A stretch of 43,978 nt of DNA. It comes from Acidimicrobiia bacterium. GTDB lineage: Bacteria > Actinomycetota > Acidimicrobiia > Spongiisociales > JAHEDJ01. A program made the translations under genes and the position numbers. The stretch's first letter is position 1, and each line of letters begins with the position of its first letter. Below are positions 1 through 9,157 of the stretch, piece after piece. The stretch is taken from assembly GCA_029210695.1 (NCBI GenBank), contig JARGFH010000030.1, positions 1 to 43,978 on the forward strand, read 5' to 3'. Below the pieces are notes generated by a model. That model did not search any database, was not told where the DNA came from, and worked only from the letters and a program-made list of their open reading frames with translations.

Positions 1-76
1 CCAACAGTGGGTATTCCCTCTCAGGAGGTGGGGAATTTCAGTGAGCAGGTCTGGGGAGTTTCAATGAGCGTGGTCA
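1..76. mobile_element. Terminus of an IS21-family-like element inserted into the IS3 orfB
   Basis: Two tandem sub-terminal repeats (GGGGAATTTCAGTGAGC / GGGGAGTTTCAATGAGC) followed by GTGGTCA, the multi-repeat end architecture of actinobacterial IS21-family elements. IS3 orfB similarity stops exactly here. Confidence 0.7.
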
Positions 77-129
77 CAGATCGGCTCGACCCCGAACTCC
101 TCTCTATGCCCGTCGATGTAATCCACCAT
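77..129 (-). pseudogene. IS3 transposase OrfB N-terminal fragment
   Basis: MVDYIDGHREEFGVEPI(C), the typical OrfB N-terminus. It overlaps the orfA stop (TGATG) and is truncated by the IS21-like end. Confidence 0.8.
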
Positions 130-464
130 CACCTCTGTGGGCGGTCGAGCTCCGCTGCGAAAAAAGCCGAGGCAGAACGAAGAATCGCATTCGCTCTCCT
201 CAGCTCCTTCACCTCCCGCTGCAACTCTTTGATCGTCTCGGACTCATCCGAGGTCACCCCGGGCGTCTCACCCCGGTCGATCTCGTCCTGTCGGACCCAG
301 GCGCGCAAGGACTCCACCCCACACCCCAACTGGCCGGCCACCCGGCCGATCGTTCCCCTCTTCTCCCCGGTCTCCTCCCGGAGCTGGCGGACCATCCGCA
401 CCGCCCGCTCCTTGAACTCGGCCGAGTACCGACGGTTCGTCGGCGCCTGCAGTTTCTTTGACAT
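129..464 (-). CDS. IS3-family transposase OrfA (HTH + leucine zipper)
   Basis: RRYSAEFKERAVRMV...LRAWVRQ...IKELQREVKELRRANAILRSASAFFAAELDRP. GGAG RBS before the ATG at 464. Confidence 0.92.
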   Translation of the reverse strand: MSKKLQAPTNRRYSAEFKERAVRMVRQLREETGEKRGTIGRVAGQLGCGVESLRAWVRQDEIDRGETPGVTSDESETIKELQREVKELRRANAILRSASAFFAAELDRPQR

Positions 465-522
465 AACTCCATCCTCGCTTCCAAGGTAAAGAGTCTCCAA
501 GAATCCCAGGGCGATACAAACC

Positions 523-550
523 GAGGGCTCCGAACGCCCTTCTTTTTGTG
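523..550 (+). terminator. Possible intrinsic terminator next to the IS end
   Basis: AGGGC-N7-GCCCT hairpin followed by TCTTTTTGT. The stem is short. Confidence 0.35.
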
Positions 551-652
551 TTGAGTTTGTAGTGTACACGTCACGCATCGTGGTTGTGGGTTTTCTTTCG
601 CGAATGATGAGTGGCGCAACTCGAGACTCGCCGTTTGGTACCATCGCCACTT

Positions 653-1381
653 ATGGCAGTCCTGTGTTATCACTCTGTGTGCAACGATTGGGCAGACCCG
701 CTGGCCGTGACCGCAACGCGATTCGAGCATCAATGCGAATGGCTCGCCCGGCGATTCACAACCGTTGATCTGGAGACTGCCGTGGGACTGCTCGACCGTT
801 ACGGAAGGCTCCCACGGCGCGTCGCTTCGCTCACCTTCGACGACGGATTCGCCGACAACTTCGACGTAGCGCTCCCAATCCTCCGGCGACTACACCTTCC
901 GGCGACGGTATTCGTCGTAGCGGCAACCATCGACCGGGGACACGAAGTGAGCTGGGTGGACTCACCCCCGCCATTCCGTCTCGAGACCTTGACCCGGGAC
1001 CAGATCATGACGATGGCCGCTGAGGGTGTGGGCATTGGTTCTCATTCACTCTTCCACAAGGATCTCACTTCGCTGTCACACAGCGAATGTCTCGAAGACC
1101 TCAAGACCAGCCGGCAGATCCTCGAAGAGATAATCAGCGCTCCCGTACCGAACCTCGCCTACCCGCGCGGGAGGTGGAACCATACGGTTGCCGAGGCTGC
1201 CAAGGCGGCCGGCTACGCCCGGGCATTCACCCTGCCAACCGGCCCAGAGGAAATCAGTTCGTATTCTCTTCCGAGAGTCGGCATATACCGCGCCAACGGA
1301 TCTATTCGCTTCGGAGTCAAGAACGCGCGTTGGTACCTGCCGGCCCGGATGTCAAAGGCGTATCAGTTCGCCCGGCGCTGA
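653..1381 (+). CDS. Polysaccharide deacetylase (NodB/CE4, IcaB-like)
   Basis: LCYHSV, LTFDDG, IGSHSLFH and LAYPRG motifs. Confidence 0.9.
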   Translation: MAVLCYHSVCNDWADPLAVTATRFEHQCEWLARRFTTVDLETAVGLLDRYGRLPRRVASLTFDDGFADNFDVALPILRRLHLPATVFVVAATIDRGHEVSWVDSPPPFRLETLTRDQIMTMAAEGVGIGSHSLFHKDLTSLSHSECLEDLKTSRQILEEIISAPVPNLAYPRGRWNHTVAEAAKAAGYARAFTLPTGPEEISSYSLPRVGIYRANGSIRFGVKNARWYLPARMSKAYQFARR

Positions 1382-2442
1382 ACTCCAATGGCCCGGACAA
1401 CGTCGAGAATCTCCGAGACGGTTGATTCCAGCGAGTACTCCCCCATTGCCAGCGCCCGACCGTTCGACCCCAGACGGCGGCGAAGTTCTGTGTCGGTGAG
1501 AAGCTCCTCGAGGGCGTCGGCGAGGCTTCCCGGGTCGTGCGGTTCCACCAGTCGCCCGACATCGTCGTTGATGACCTGGGGTATCTGCCCTACCCGTGAA
1601 GCCACTACCGGCAGGCCGCTGGCCAGAGCCTCGAGTACCGACAACGGCATGGCCTCGAACCACGACGGGAGACAGAACACGTCCGCCCGCTGCAGGTATT
1701 CAGGCATTTCCCGGTGGGGGACGGCCCCGATGAAGTCCTCCAGACCGCTGGCGACGGCCAGTACTTCCTGCTCCTCGGCGACACCTTCGTCCGGTCGCCC
1801 CCCGACGATCACCAACCGATGCGCTACACCCCGCGAAAGCAAGAGCCGGGAAGCATCCATGAGATCGACAACACCCTTGCGGCGGGTGAGAAGCCCTGCG
1901 TAAATCACAGTCGGTGGATTCCGATTCCCTCTTTCAATTGGTGCGAAGGTGTCGGTATCCACCCCGTTGTAGATCGTCACAGTGCGCTTGGCCGGAAGGA
2001 CGGTGGTGATGCCGTCCGACACACTGATCATGACGTTGGCGGCCGGCGCAATGATCCGGATGAGCAACCGTCTCATCTTCGATGACGCCCACTCCGGCAG
2101 CGATCCGCCGTGGACATGGAGAATCGTCCTCGCCCCCCGCACCCGCGCGGCAATCAACAGCAGACCCGCCCTGATCATCGTGACGGACGGAACGAAAGCG
2201 CTATGCACGTAGACCACGTCATAGGCGCCGCCGAGTCTGAACACACGAACGGTGTCGGCAATGGTCCTGCCAACATTGGTGGCGCTCAGAACGCCGGCGG
2301 TGTAACCCCGGTCGCGAGTCAGATTGAGGACACCTACACTGCATCGTGGTGTGAGGTGTCGCTGCAACGTCGTGAGCATTGCCGAAATACCCCCCGAATC
2401 AGGAGGTCCCTTACCGACCAGAAGCACTGAAAGGGGTTTCAC
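1363..2442 (-). CDS. GT4 (group 1) glycosyltransferase
   Basis: IYNGVD, YAGLLTRRKG, FCLPSWFEAMPLSVLEALASGLPVVAS (EX7E). Confidence 0.92.
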   Translation of the reverse strand: MKPLSVLLVGKGPPDSGGISAMLTTLQRHLTPRCSVGVLNLTRDRGYTAGVLSATNVGRTIADTVRVFRLGGAYDVVYVHSAFVPSVTMIRAGLLLIAARVRGARTILHVHGGSLPEWASSKMRRLLIRIIAPAANVMISVSDGITTVLPAKRTVTIYNGVDTDTFAPIERGNRNPPTVIYAGLLTRRKGVVDLMDASRLLLSRGVAHRLVIVGGRPDEGVAEEQEVLAVASGLEDFIGAVPHREMPEYLQRADVFCLPSWFEAMPLSVLEALASGLPVVASRVGQIPQVINDDVGRLVEPHDPGSLADALEELLTDTELRRRLGSNGRALAMGEYSLESTVSEILDVVRAIGVQRRAN

Positions 2443-2467
2443 GAGGTATCAATGGTAGCTTTTGCGC

Positions 2468-3382
2468 ATGGATGCCAACAGGCAGGGCGAACCGGCACCG
2501 TTTCCGATCGAACCGGACATCGAGCACGTCCACTCAGTGCTCCACCGACTCGGAATCGAAATCCGCAAACCGCCAGTCACGACTTCGGGACTCCACGAAA
2601 TCGACGTGTGGGGGAGGGAATCCGACCTCATCGAGCTTCGGAGCGGACTTGAGAGCGCCGGCCTCCTCCCATACCGCCCGCACCGCCGAGCAGACCATCG
2701 TTTCTTCCTTGGTCTTGGATCGCAGGGCTGGATCAAAGTCGATGTGAAGCTGCGCGGCAAAGAGCAGTCGCAAATAATCGGCGATCTCGCATGGCTGCTC
2801 CGCCGCCGTCGTGGAATGGTCGTCGCGTTGCTTGGGGCCGATGGAGCCGGTAAGTCGACTGCCTCTGAATGCGTCGAGAAAAGCATGCCGATCGATGTGA
2901 CGAGCAGATACCTCGGCGACGCCCGTCGATCACCCGCCGGGCGCCGGCCGCGCAAGGTGCGGGTCTCGCCAGCACGCCGGATGGCGGGGCTGGCCAAGTG
3001 GATCGTAACGACCCTCATGAAACTGTGGTCACTCGAGGTGGCGGCTCGACGGGGCACAGTTGTGGTGTGCGACCGCCATCCCATCGAAGCCGGCCACATT
3101 GGTGGTGAGTCCCGGTTCGTTCGGACTATCAAACGAGGAGTGATCCGGACGCTGGCTCCCGGGCCTGATCTCATAGTCCTTCTCGATGCTCCTGGCGAGA
3201 TCCTCTTTGCACGCAAGGGAGAGCACTCGCCTGAGCATCTCGACCGCATGTCAGAAGTCTGGCGCCGCGTCATCGAACGAAACCGCGGCATCGTGATTGG
3301 CGTGGACCGGCCTGCCGATCAGGTCTGTCATGACATCCAAGAGCAGATCTGGGTCAGGCTCGCCAAACGGCGAGCATCGTGA
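2468..3382 (+). CDS. Thymidylate-kinase-like P-loop protein with an N-terminal NTase-like segment
   Basis: VVALLGADGAGKST, VVVCDRH and PDLIVLLDAP motifs. N-terminal HEIDVW. Confidence 0.7.
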   Translation: MDANRQGEPAPFPIEPDIEHVHSVLHRLGIEIRKPPVTTSGLHEIDVWGRESDLIELRSGLESAGLLPYRPHRRADHRFFLGLGSQGWIKVDVKLRGKEQSQIIGDLAWLLRRRRGMVVALLGADGAGKSTASECVEKSMPIDVTSRYLGDARRSPAGRRPRKVRVSPARRMAGLAKWIVTTLMKLWSLEVAARRGTVVVCDRHPIEAGHIGGESRFVRTIKRGVIRTLAPGPDLIVLLDAPGEILFARKGEHSPEHLDRMSEVWRRVIERNRGIVIGVDRPADQVCHDIQEQIWVRLAKRRAS

Positions 3383-4494
3383 ACCAATCCGATCTGCTCT
3401 ACCCACTCCTTGGCGAGACTGGTCTAGAGACCCCTATGGTCATCTGTCCCCCGGCAGACGGATGGCGCCGGCTCATCGGCCATCTCGTGGACCGGGCCGT
3501 CAACCATCGGCGTGCCGATCGCTTGCTTCCCGCAGATCGCGAGCTCGTAATCTGGCGACCTTCTCCCGGACGCTGGCCCCGCTTCCCACGGCTCAGGCAG
3601 AGGCTCCTGGCCGGGGCTATGTATGTTCAACTCCCCCACAACTCACCGATCGACTCGATACGCCGACAAGAGGAGTTCGTTCCCTCCGATCACCCGCGAG
3701 CAGGGAGCGGCGGCGGATTGCACCAGATCGGGACCCAGCGTGGCCGGGCCGTGCTGCTGCGACTCGGCTCGATTGACACGTCCGGCGACCCTGGGCGCCA
3801 TTATGAGGCATTGCAGGCGATCAGCCGACCGGTCGTGCCTGCTGCTTTGGCAACCGGCACCAGAGATATGGTCCGGTGGACACTCGAAGGGTTCGTCGAC
3901 GGGCGCCGCGTCGACAAGTTGACGGCGGCGATGACCGAACAGGTCAGCGACTTCCTCTGTGATCTGCCCCGCAGCAGCGAACCGATCACTGCGATCGAAT
4001 CAAGTGCGGGCGTGTTGGCATCGGCGACAACCGCCGTGGATATCAAGGGAGTAGCGACGATCATCGACGGGGCGACCGGAAACCTGCCCGCGGTTGTCGC
4101 ACATGGCGATCTTTGGTCCGGGAATCTTCTGTTTCACAACGGAGAGTTGACCGGGATCGTCGACTGGGACTCCTGGCTCGAGCGAGCCGTTCCGGGCACC
4201 GACCTTCTCCACTTGCGCGCCGAGGAAATTCGCCGGAGTGGAGGCATGGCCTACGGGGACCTGGTGGCCGACGGTTTTTGGGCGAGACCCGACGTTGCCG
4301 GTTTAATCGGAACCTATATGCGCCGCCTCGATATTCCATGGGATGGACGGCTGCTGCCGGTCATCGGTTGGGCATGGTGGTTGACCACTACCGCCGGAGC
4401 GCTAACCCGTACCCCGGCGCTGGCCGGCGACGGCGAGTGGATGGCGAGGAACGTGATCGATCCGGGCCGGCTGATAACCCGGCAGCTCAGGTGA
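3379..4494 (+). CDS. APH/choline-kinase-like phosphotransferase
   Basis: Brenner motif HGDLWSGNLL and IVDWD. GTGA overlap with the upstream gene. Confidence 0.8.
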   Translation: MNQSDLLYPLLGETGLETPMVICPPADGWRRLIGHLVDRAVNHRRADRLLPADRELVIWRPSPGRWPRFPRLRQRLLAGAMYVQLPHNSPIDSIRRQEEFVPSDHPRAGSGGGLHQIGTQRGRAVLLRLGSIDTSGDPGRHYEALQAISRPVVPAALATGTRDMVRWTLEGFVDGRRVDKLTAAMTEQVSDFLCDLPRSSEPITAIESSAGVLASATTAVDIKGVATIIDGATGNLPAVVAHGDLWSGNLLFHNGELTGIVDWDSWLERAVPGTDLLHLRAEEIRRSGGMAYGDLVADGFWARPDVAGLIGTYMRRLDIPWDGRLLPVIGWAWWLTTTAGALTRTPALAGDGEWMARNVIDPGRLITRQLR

Positions 4495-5620
4495 TGGGAG
4501 GCTCGTCTTCCACCGCCCATTCCGGGCTTCCCCAGCGAGTTGAATCAACGCCCGATGCCTCCGGCAAACGGAAGCCGTAGCGCGCAATACGAGCCAACCC
4601 CTCCCAGACTCCCCAACCCCACGCAAGTTGCATGGCGCCGAGAACCCCCGGAACCCGAAATCGGTCCCGCCACGAACCGAGCGTCCGCATGATCGGTGCG
4701 GACATGCCGATGAGGAGTGCCAGATAGACCAAGAGGACCCCCGGCAACAAGAGCGGGAAGAAGGGGAGGAGGCCGGCGCAGACGACGAGCGCGGCGACGA
4801 CCAGCGGTGGCGCGGCGTGGCGAAAGCGCACCTCAGATGGGTGCAGGAAAGCCACATCGGCCTTGCCTCGTCCATATCTCCGATATTGGCGGGCAAGATC
4901 GATAATTCGACTCCGACAACGCCATGCGACCTCGATCGTCGGGTCGAGCAGCAGCTTTCCTCCGCTAGCGCGCACGCGCACGTCGAACTCGTAGTCCTCA
5001 TTGGCGACGAGTCGCTCGTCCCATCCTCCAAGCTCCCTGGCCAGGTCGGTGCCATATGCACCGAACGGTATGTGGTCCGTCTCCATCGGTTCGGTCGCGT
5101 AGTGATATGCAGAACCACCCACTCCGAACGGTGACCCCAGGCTGGCGGCGATGGCTGCTCCGCTGGGGGGTGAACCTACCGCCTCTTTCTTGCCACCAAC
5201 CCCGGCCCACTTGCCGGTTTGGAGATGGGTCACCAGTCGTTCAACGTAGTCGTTGGGAATCGTGCAATGGGCGTCGACCCGCACGAGATAGGAGCCCGTC
5301 GCCTCTCTGAGGCCGAGATTGAGCCCAGTTGGAATGGACTTGCGGTGGTTGGTGAGGACTCGAACCCGCGGGTCCTGCGCCGACCAGGCAAGCAGTTTGG
5401 CAAGGGTTCCATCATCAGATACTCCGTCGACCACCAGGATCTCGAGTTCTGGGTACGATTGACAGACCACGGATTCGAGCGTGGCATCGATGGTCCTGAC
5501 TTCGTTCAGGATCGGGATGATGACCGATACCGCCGGAGCGATCTGTGACACTTCGAAATCCCCCAAAGTCGTATTCCTCCGCCCGGCCGTCGGGCCTGGA
5601 GGATTGTAACCCTGTGCCAT
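4487..5620 (-). CDS. GT2 glycosyltransferase, succinoglycan ExoA-like (start uncertain)
   Basis: VSVIIPILNE, VVDGVSDDGT, VRVDAH, NEDYEF, RQYRRYG and C-terminal TM helices. Confidence 0.88.
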   Translation of the reverse strand: MAQGYNPPGPTAGRRNTTLGDFEVSQIAPAVSVIIPILNEVRTIDATLESVVCQSYPELEILVVDGVSDDGTLAKLLAWSAQDPRVRVLTNHRKSIPTGLNLGLREATGSYLVRVDAHCTIPNDYVERLVTHLQTGKWAGVGGKKEAVGSPPSGAAIAASLGSPFGVGGSAYHYATEPMETDHIPFGAYGTDLARELGGWDERLVANEDYEFDVRVRASGGKLLLDPTIEVAWRCRSRIIDLARQYRRYGRGKADVAFLHPSEVRFRHAAPPLVVAALVVCAGLLPFFPLLLPGVLLVYLALLIGMSAPIMRTLGSWRDRFRVPGVLGAMQLAWGWGVWEGLARIARYGFRLPEASGVDSTRWGSPEWAVEDEPPIT

Positions 5621-5638
5621 CCGCCGTTCGGAGCCCCC

Positions 5639-6781
5639 ATGAATGACCCAGGCGACCGTCTCCGGGTGCTGGTCGTCGGCATGCGGCCACCCCGGTTGCC
5701 GATCCGGGACGGCTACGTGCTGCACCTCTACCACCTGCTCAAACAACTGCACCGGCACCACGATGTCCGGTTTCTGGCCCCGGATGATGAGAACGGGCTG
5801 TTCAAAGACATCGACGGGCTGAACTGTTCCCTCGTTGCCGGCGGACGGCGCAAGCTCGAAAGGGAGACGTTGGATCAGATCGGACGGTTCAAACCCCAGG
5901 TCGTGCACGTCGTTGGTGCCCCGCTGGCGGGAATACTCCGACGACTACCCCGGCCGATGTCGTCCATACTCGGCGCTCTCGATGCTCCTCACCTCAATGT
6001 CGATGCCGTGGAGGCAAGAACCGCCGCAGGTTTGATTAGCAAGCGGGTGAAGCGAGCTCGAGCGATCTGGGCTATTCGGCACTCATATCGACAGGCGGAT
6101 CGGGTCGTCGTTGTGAGCGCCGAAGATCGGGAGGCCCTCGAACACCAGAATGCTCGTCTGTCGGTCTCGGTAATCCCGAATGGTGTTGACGTGGACGATT
6201 TCGGATCACGACGCGATGTGGCCCGACAACGCGATCATCTCCTGTTCACCGGAGCGCTGGACTACCCGCCGAATGTGTCTGCCGCGCTGTTCCTCGTCAA
6301 TGAAGTCCTACCCAGAATCCGAGCCGTGCAACCGTCGGCCCGGGTGTCCTTGGTTGGTCGCGATCCTTCTGACGAGATCCGGAGCCTCGACGGCCGACCA
6401 GGCGTTGATGTCGTCGGACCGGTCGATGTCATGGTTGATGCGCTCGCCGTCGGAAGCGTGTACGTCTGTCCGATGATCAGCGGTACAGGGATCAAGAACA
6501 AACTGCTGGAAGCCCTCGCAAACGGTCTGCCCTGTGTTGCGAGTGAGCTGGCGGTGCGGGGAACGAGCCTCGCTGACGGCATCGAGGTGCTCATAGCCAA
6601 CACGGCAGATGAGGTAGCCGAAGCCACACTTCGATTGCTCTCCGATGCCGGGCTACGGGAGCGAATCGGCAGCGCAGGTCAGGACTACGTGACGCGGAAC
6701 CACGCCTGGTCTTCGATCGGCGAGCTGTATTCAGATCTGTATCGAGCGGTCCTCACGCCCGGTGGCGGCGAACCCAGGTAA
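5639..6781 (+). CDS. GT4 glycosyltransferase
   Basis: VIPNGVD, LFTGALDYPPN, GTGIKNKLLEALANGLPCV. Confidence 0.9.
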   Translation: MNDPGDRLRVLVVGMRPPRLPIRDGYVLHLYHLLKQLHRHHDVRFLAPDDENGLFKDIDGLNCSLVAGGRRKLERETLDQIGRFKPQVVHVVGAPLAGILRRLPRPMSSILGALDAPHLNVDAVEARTAAGLISKRVKRARAIWAIRHSYRQADRVVVVSAEDREALEHQNARLSVSVIPNGVDVDDFGSRRDVARQRDHLLFTGALDYPPNVSAALFLVNEVLPRIRAVQPSARVSLVGRDPSDEIRSLDGRPGVDVVGPVDVMVDALAVGSVYVCPMISGTGIKNKLLEALANGLPCVASELAVRGTSLADGIEVLIANTADEVAEATLRLLSDAGLRERIGSAGQDYVTRNHAWSSIGELYSDLYRAVLTPGGGEPR

Positions 6782-8036
6782 ACAGACGAGCCCGCCGACT
6801 CATTGGGTACGCCATCAAGAATTCGTTCAGGTCTCGCAACACGACGTCGTCCGTGAGGTGGCCGCCGAGCATCGCGTCGTGACGTTGAAGATTCGGCACC
6901 CGGTGAAGATGTTGTCGATAGGCAGCATGCTGCTGGGCGACAAGCGTGGCACCCACCAGATCGTCCGGCTTCCGGGCAGCCGCTTCCGCCGCATCCACAT
7001 CGAGGAACACGGCGAAATCGGCGTTCGGAATGAACAAGCGGATGAGGAAACGCTGAAATCCGGAGTGCACCCCCTGGTAGAGCACATCAACCGTCCCAAG
7101 CGCATCAATGAGGTGACGATCGTAGATAACTAGGCCGCCGGCCTTCCTGGTCTGATTACGGACGTCGGCGAGATACGCCATGGTCACGAGCGTCAGCCAG
7201 ACCCAGCCCGTGAGTCCCCGACGAGACGAGATGGTCTCCGACGCCTGACCTTCTGCCAACCGCTCCAATCCAATCTCTTCCTCTTTGCGGAGTCGGCGTG
7301 CCCAGACGGCCAACCGGTCGAGCAGCTTCAATCGCATTCCGGGCCGGGTCCATACGACGGTCGTCGGAATGTCACACCGTTTGAGGCTCTCACTGAGCGC
7401 CTCCACGAGCGTTGATTTTCCCGATCCATCAATACCGCTGATCGCCACCCGGATGCTCGGTCGACGCAATTTCCGTCGAGGTGCCGGCTCATCCGGATCG
7501 GTGGGCGATGGAGACCGCCAAGCGATCAGCCGGTTCCTGCCGAGTTCGCGCTCCAGATCGGAGACACCCCCCAACAAACCTGGATCGATTGAGTCGGGAT
7601 CGACCCCACCGTCCATCAGGTGCAGGACTTCCAGGTACGACCGAACGTCGGGTTTGCCCCGCCGCCGCACACGGTCCGTGACCTTGTCAAGGTCCGTTGG
7701 TGCCCGCCCTGACTTGAATTCGGCTTTGGCGAGAATTGTGCCGCGGTCGACGATGGCGTAACTCTCACCATCGACATAGCCGAGGTGGCTAAGGATGCCG
7801 CTGAGTGGAATCCAATCCGCTTGTCGCGCCAGCGACTCAGCCGCGCTCAGATCAGGCACATAGATGTCAATGTCTGACGACCATCCGGGCCCGAGTGGAG
7901 AGACGCTGAACTCTGCGCCGGTTGCCTCGAGGAGCGCGACCGCTCGATCGAAGGCCTCGACCATGCGCACCTGATCCGCCGGTGAAGGGAACGTACCGGC
8001 GGGAAAGCCACGTTCGTCATTGCTTGGCTCCGTCAT
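6753..8036 (-). CDS. Thymidylate-kinase-like P-loop protein with an N-terminal NTase-like (SDID) region
   Basis: VAISGIDGSGKST, VIYDRH, FLDV. N-terminal GWSSDIDIYV. ATGA coupling to the upstream ATP-grasp gene. Confidence 0.72.
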   Translation of the reverse strand: MTEPSNDERGFPAGTFPSPADQVRMVEAFDRAVALLEATGAEFSVSPLGPGWSSDIDIYVPDLSAAESLARQADWIPLSGILSHLGYVDGESYAIVDRGTILAKAEFKSGRAPTDLDKVTDRVRRRGKPDVRSYLEVLHLMDGGVDPDSIDPGLLGGVSDLERELGRNRLIAWRSPSPTDPDEPAPRRKLRRPSIRVAISGIDGSGKSTLVEALSESLKRCDIPTTVVWTRPGMRLKLLDRLAVWARRLRKEEEIGLERLAEGQASETISSRRGLTGWVWLTLVTMAYLADVRNQTRKAGGLVIYDRHLIDALGTVDVLYQGVHSGFQRFLIRLFIPNADFAVFLDVDAAEAAARKPDDLVGATLVAQQHAAYRQHLHRVPNLQRHDAMLGGHLTDDVVLRDLNEFLMAYPMSRRARLFTWVRRHRA

Positions 8037-9091
8037 TCCCCTACTCCAGTCTGGCGCCGCAATCGAATGAAGGCAGGAAGCGGGTCGCACACCGACACAA
8101 TGCTGTGACAGACTCCGCGGTGAGGCATAGCTTCTCTCCAAGCCGAGAAGATGGTGCGGTCGCCGGCCCGGATTTCCGACAGAAGGCTGCGAAGATCACC
8201 GTCGATCCAGCGATAGCGTACGCCCACCGCGGCCGTTTGCGTGGCAACATCCTCGCCCTCCGTCAACCGGCACACCAGGTCGGGAAGGTTCAATCCCGCC
8301 GCCAGGGCGAGAGCCATCGATCCGTACGGGCGGAGATTCAGGTCGATCAACGCTTCTCCAACGAACTGAGCCTGGAATATTCCATCGAAGTCCCCGAGTA
8401 GCGCCTCCAGCAACCCGAACCGGTTTGGATCGATTGCTTCGGTTATCGCGAAGGAGGCCGTGCCGGCCGCAGACGGGAACGTCCGGATGTAGCGTTGTTG
8501 CAGCCGGGCGACGATCCGTCCATTCCAGGCAACTCCGGCAAGGGCCCGGGTTACTCCGTTCAGATACGGCTGGGCAACGCCGACCCCGACCGGTACCGCC
8601 ATGAGGTCGATGGCATGGTCGACGCGAACGGAGACCGGCCCTCCTGGAGACTTGGTCCGCGGCTTCACAATCAGCGGGAAGCCGAGCTCACGGCCGACGA
8701 GGTCCAACTCGGCGGCCGAAGCGAAGGTCCTCGTGGGAGGGGTGGTAAGACCAGCCGCGATGATCCCGGCGGTCAGGGTGGACTTGTCCATGAGGCGGGC
8801 AGTCGCGGGAACGAGCGAGACGAGCGCGATATCAGAGGTGGGGAATACGGTGGTTGCCGCCCGATCGGTTGCCAGGTTTCGAACTGCTTCAGCAAAGCCG
8901 GGGTCGGACGGGGGAACAACCGAGACCGTCTCAGATGTGAATCGGGAGCCGGCAGCCAGCGAACCGGGACCGCTGACCGCCACAATGGCGGTACGCCCTG
9001 CCCTGGCCAAGGCGCGCACCGTGGCAAGGGCCGAGCGATCATGGGTCCACCCCTCCGAGGTCACTATTGCGGTCGACGAGGTCCCTGGCAC
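8033..9091 (-). CDS. ATP-grasp fold protein (putative carboxylate-amine ligase)
   Basis: ALATVRALARAG, AAGSRF, DKSTL, GFPLIVKP, VAQPYL, IDLNLRPYGS, LAAGLNLP. GTG start preceded by a TACGAT -10-like box. Confidence 0.8.
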   Translation of the reverse strand: MPGTSSTAIVTSEGWTHDRSALATVRALARAGRTAIVAVSGPGSLAAGSRFTSETVSVVPPSDPGFAEAVRNLATDRAATTVFPTSDIALVSLVPATARLMDKSTLTAGIIAAGLTTPPTRTFASAAELDLVGRELGFPLIVKPRTKSPGGPVSVRVDHAIDLMAVPVGVGVAQPYLNGVTRALAGVAWNGRIVARLQQRYIRTFPSAAGTASFAITEAIDPNRFGLLEALLGDFDGIFQAQFVGEALIDLNLRPYGSMALALAAGLNLPDLVCRLTEGEDVATQTAAVGVRYRWIDGDLRSLLSEIRAGDRTIFSAWREAMPHRGVCHSIVSVCDPLPAFIRLRRQTGVGE

Positions 9092-9157
9092 AGCGGGATC
9101 GTAGTGTCTTGTATCGACATGGCATCTCTCCGTTCGGCGCAATAGATTGGCGAGATC

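Larger units (their letters stand above)
77..518 (-). mobile_element. IS3-family (IS6110-like) element, left part, interrupted
   Basis: Left IR on the minus strand TGTATCGCCCTGGGATTCTTGGAGACTC (518-491) resembles the IS6110 IR. It is followed by orfA and the start of orfB. Confidence 0.88.
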
